Assembly (NCBI RefSeq): GCF_001194135.2
Contig: NC_068989.1
Coordinates: 13,354,354 to 13,395,488, forward strand
DNA length: 41,135 bases
Source of the DNA: Octopus bimaculoides
Lineage: Eukaryota
Reading direction: 5' to 3'
Both the position numbers and the translations under genes were made by a program. Below the pieces are notes generated by a model, which saw nothing but the letters and a program-made list of their open reading frames with translations, ran no database searches and was not told where the DNA came from. Positions 37,218 through 41,135 of this stretch are shown here, piece after piece (the stretch's first letter is position 1; every line of letters starts with the position of its first letter).

Positions 37218-37816
37218 ACATTGTGCAATATTGATATCTTTTTAACTCAGTTGAATTCGAATTCAAGTTAGTGTATATGGGATTCAATCTCAATATATTA
37301 GTAGTGTTTATAAAGAGTAGCGTCGATCTGAGTGAAAATAGAAATCATAATACAAAGCAAGCATAAATCAAGCAATTTGCTTCTGAGGGTCGAACGTTCG
37401 ATAATCTTACATAGCTACCTTACATGCCATAATTTGCTAAATAAACATCCCCTCTTAAGTAATATTTCAAATGATCTTCGAAAATAAATTTTACTGGATT
37501 ACGTACATCACATCTGATATGATGACCGCAAGCGTTCTCAGTGATCCCATTCACACGTCTCAGGTAAGTTCTTCACAGTAAATTAGCTGTTTTAAACATG
37601 GGTTTACCGAAGTATCTGCCTCAAAAGATGTACTCTTGGTCATGTACTCAAGGTGAATACTGTACTCCTGGTCATGTCACCTTTATCAGTGCCATCCATC
37701 TCAATGCATCTTCTTCTCTTGACCTGAAACATGTTATAGAGACTTCTACTATTTGACCACCAGCTGAGCCACCCATCAAAATATTGCGTATTGAATATCA
37801 AGTTACTAGAAATGTT

Positions 37817-38050
37817 CAGCGGTGAGTTGGCAGAAATGTTAGCGCGCCGGGTGAAATGCTTAGCGGTATTTCGTCTGCCGTTACGTTCTGAGTTCAAATA
37901 TCGCCGAGGTCGACTTTGCCTTTCATCCTTTTGGTGTTGATAAATTAAGTACCAGTTACGCACTGGGGTCGATGTAATCGACTTAATCCCCTTGTCTGTC
38001 CTTGTTTGTCCACTCTATGTTTAGCCCCTTGTGGGCAATAAAGAAATAAT
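37817..38050 (+). mobile_element. SINE family A copy with an alternative 3' tail (cttgtctgtccttgtttgtcc...ccccttgtgggc)
   Basis: Head and body match the 19402 and 40757 copies; the sequence after aatcgact differs, indicating a different tail subfamily. Confidence 0.9.
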
Positions 38051-39009
38051 AAATGTTCAGCCATCTAGCACAACAGGGCAAAATGATGGCGCTTTATTAT
38101 ATCACCTTTCTGATTGCCATCTATCACAATAGATTTTACTATCTTCGCTTGAGACCTATTTCAGTGCCTTTTACTGTTGGACAAACTTCTGAGTCACACT
38201 TCATATGACTGGTTTATTCAAGTACATGTCACTGTAAATAATGACACCTACGATCGGTGAGAATGTCATTTAATATGTGACCTGTTGCTGAGACATCTAT
38301 CACGAGACATTATGTTGTTGTTTTTTAATATTTTCATTAATTTATTTGTTGCATAAGATATGCCAAAGTGAGTCATCTGTCACAAGACTTTTTTTCAGGA
38401 CGTTGTCATTTGCCATGTGAAATTAACATTTTTTTTCAAAGAATTGTTGAATAAAACAAACGTTAATATTATTTCCGATATATTTCGGTCAGAAATATTC
38501 ATTGAATAAAATCCACCTCCAAGACATTTAAAATATCCTATACCACTGCCGTTTCTTATATCTACCCCCTCTTTTCCAATCACACCATTATCTATACAAT
38601 TCTCTATTATTCTTCTCCTCTCAGTTTCTCCTCTTCTCTCTGAAAATTAGATGTCTTTCTTGGAAGTAGTTGAAAGAACGCTTTCGAATTTTATTACCGC
38701 CATATTTGCTACTTGGTTCCTGCCTTCAAGATCAAAAGATACCATTTGCCATTGATCGTTACAAGCTCCACTGATCTATGCCACATCCTGCAGTGCAATG
38801 AGGAAATCTTAAATAATTTCTAAACACTCTTCTGTCGCAGCATCCTTAAGTGACCGGTTTCTTTGGCCGCAGCTTACACTATCGATCTTCTATTGCATAT
38901 AAAACGTTTATACATGAAAAGCCTATCGATTCTATCAAATTCCACTATTTCTTATGTGAAGCTATTATCTTCACCATCACCACAAACACCTTCAACATCA
39001 TTACTGATA

Positions 39010-39271
39010 ATATCATCATCATCATCATCATCATCATCGTCATCATCATCATCATCGCCATTTTCATCATCATCATCAGGATCACTTCTTACATCACATC
39101 CTTTGTATCATCATCATCGTCTCCGTCGTCGTCATTTTTATCGTCATCATCATTACCATCACCATCATCATCAGCATCAGCATCAGCATCAGCATCACCA
39201 TCAGCATCATTATCATCACCATCACCACTACCACCGTATCATCATCATAACCATCGTCGTCGTCGTCATCG

Positions 39272-39305
<34 letters not shown>

Positions 39306-39440
39306 TATCGTCTTCGTCGTCGTCATCATCATCTTTGTCTTCTTCTTCAACACCGTCGTCGCCGTCGTCCTCCCCCTCCTCCTCCTCCTCCTCATCATCA
39401 TCATCATCATAACCATCATCAACATCATCATCTTATCATC
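39010..39440. repeat. Low-complexity (ATC/GTC/CTC) trinucleotide block
   Basis: Long imperfect (ATC)n; source of the poly-H, poly-I and poly-S ORFs at 38850-39561. Confidence 0.9.
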
Positions 39441-39768
39441 AATATACCCATCAACTCCACTCTCTTTTAGTACAGATTTCTTTGTCGCCATACTTTTTGT
39501 CTTTTATCATATACGCCTCGTAGCTTTTTCTTCAGCATTGCTTTTAGACATAAATCTTTAGGTACTATCTTTGAAGTACCGATTTTCAATGTACTTCGCC
39601 CGTAAAGTACTTAGGTTTCTTTTTCTCAACGTCTGTATCATTTCGCATTTATACACAAAATCATATATACACATATATAAAAATATATACGTAGACACAC
39701 ATTTAACAAACGCGCAAATATATCCATATCTATGCATGCATTTGCACGCACGGAGATTTCCGTTCTCC

Positions 39769-39846
39769 TCTTTCCGATATAGGACTATGCTCGAAACGTA
39801 AAAGGCCTTTTTTTCGCCACCTCAATTGAGCATCAAGCTAATACAT
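39769..39846 (+). ncRNA. Second, more degenerate hammerhead-like motif and pLTR-like flank
   Basis: tcttt-CCGATATAGGactatgctc-GAAA-CGT-A-aaagg: stem I pairs and GAAAC-GUA is intact, while the 5' core is degenerate. The downstream gagcatcaagctaataca is homologous to the 27133 copy. Confidence 0.4.
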
Positions 39847-40104
39847 TCCATATGTTTGTCTTTTTGCTGCTTTCTTATTAGTTATTTTTGTTACTTGATT
39901 GTTACTGTTCAGTTTTTAATGCTTAATTTGACTATCATGAAATGAAGAGTAGATAGACAGCCGACAACTGATGAAAAATATATTTAGAAATAAAGAATTA
40001 AGGTTCGGAAGAAGGCATTAAATGTAGTATCCAAAACTTGTTTCAGAGTAAATCCCAGATAGTGTCGCAGATAGTCGTGTTCGACAATTGACAACACTGG
40101 CGAA

Positions 40105-40700
40105 AATAGGAACAGGTCATACCATTTATGATACCAGCCGTGTCACCAAAATATGTTTAGCATTGTCAAAGCAAACTTGCCGATCATTCCTTAGTGTAAT
40201 GAATTGAAGGATATAAACACGGATCGGGCTATGATTCTAAGTAAAAGAGAGCCGAAGAATTTGAAGCAATTATTAACAAAGGCAAAGTTTGGCCTAAGCA
40301 ACAATGACGAATCACTCATTGTATCGGAATGCAATTATGATCGATGTAGTTCATGTCAGTTCTTACATACCGGTCAATATAGGAACACAAAAACCGGAGA
40401 ATATTCAGATTTGCAAATATGAAATGCAAAAGCAGGAATTTAATTTACTGTATCAAATGCCCGAATTGTGAAGAGATATACGTTGGTCAGTCAGGGAATG
40501 CATTATCAGAATGTTCACGTGTGCACCGACAGCAAATTAGCGATCCTGATGTCTGTCAGATCGCTTTAAGCAACCATTTGGTAACGTGGTCAGGAAAAGT
40601 TTATAATATTCCCATTCTACAAATTATAAACTTCAAGTGAAATTGAGAGAAAAGTAAGAGAATAGAATTTTATTTATAACTTCAAACGCGTTCTAAATGG
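40105..40700 (+). mobile_element. Penelope-like element C-terminal remnant with GIY-YIG endonuclease (frameshifted, with stops)
   Basis: HQNMFSIVKANLPII*...LSKREPKNLKQLLTKAKF...CNYDRCSSCQFL / MKCKSRNLIYCIKCPNCEEIYVGQSG...RVHRQQI...ERKVRE*NFIYNFKRVLN. The LIY...YVG pair and the Cys-rich linker are typical of PLE GIY-YIG domains. Confidence 0.88.
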
Positions 40701-40756
40701 TGTTATAATAACGGTGATAATTACAATGGTGATTGTGATACTAATGATAAATACTA

Positions 40757-40970
40757 AGTCGCTGAGCTGGCAGAGACACCGGGGGAAATGCTTAGCGGTA
40801 TTTCGTCTGTCTTTACATTCTGAGTTCAAATTCCGCCGAGGTCGATTTTGCCTTTCATCCTTTTGGGGTCGATAAATTAAGTACCAGTTGCGTACTGAGG
40901 TCGATCTAATCGACCGCCCCCCTCCTCAAAAATTTCGGGCATTGTTCCTAGAGTAGAAAAGAATAATAAT
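40757..40970 (+). mobile_element. SINE family A copy
   Basis: gagctggcaga head, gagttcaaattccgccgaggtcga, aagtaccagttgcgtactgaggtcgatctaatcgac and tail aaatttcgggcattgttcctagagtagaaaagaat. Confidence 0.9.
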
Positions 40971-41135
40971 GTGGGTTCACGTCCCACGCGGATAGGAAAG
41001 CCTACTTTTTTCTATCGAGGACTTATATGCCGCATTATTAGACTATTTTTCTTAGTAATTGAACGGTGATCGATTTAGGCTTTAGGCTTATATATATATA
41101 TATATATTAGAGGAAAAAGAAAAACAAAAACCAAG

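Overview
Eukaryotic, AT-rich, microsatellite-dense draft-assembly sequence with 13 N-gaps (about 3.7 kb, nearly all bordered by simple repeats). The repeat families look like those I recall from octopod cephalopods (Octopus-like); that assignment is inference, not a database result. I find no supportable intact protein-coding gene, tRNA/rRNA gene or CRISPR array. Nearly all ORFs in the track are translations of microsatellites, N-gaps or SINEs. The window is intronic or intergenic DNA filled with transposon debris: at least four tRNA-derived SINE families (some with clear TSDs), a mariner transposase remnant with its right TIR, an R4/Dong-type RLE LINE 3' end, two Penelope-like (GIY-YIG) remnants and a Tigger/pogo-like end. 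The most interesting structures are two degenerate minimal hammerhead-ribozyme motifs probably from Penelope pLTRs, a 76-bp minisatellite apparently born from a SINE tail, a 93-bp near-perfect inverted repeat, and a trinucleotide-repeat mosaic with hidden direct and inverted duplications. I see no convincing evidence for a wholly new biological system.
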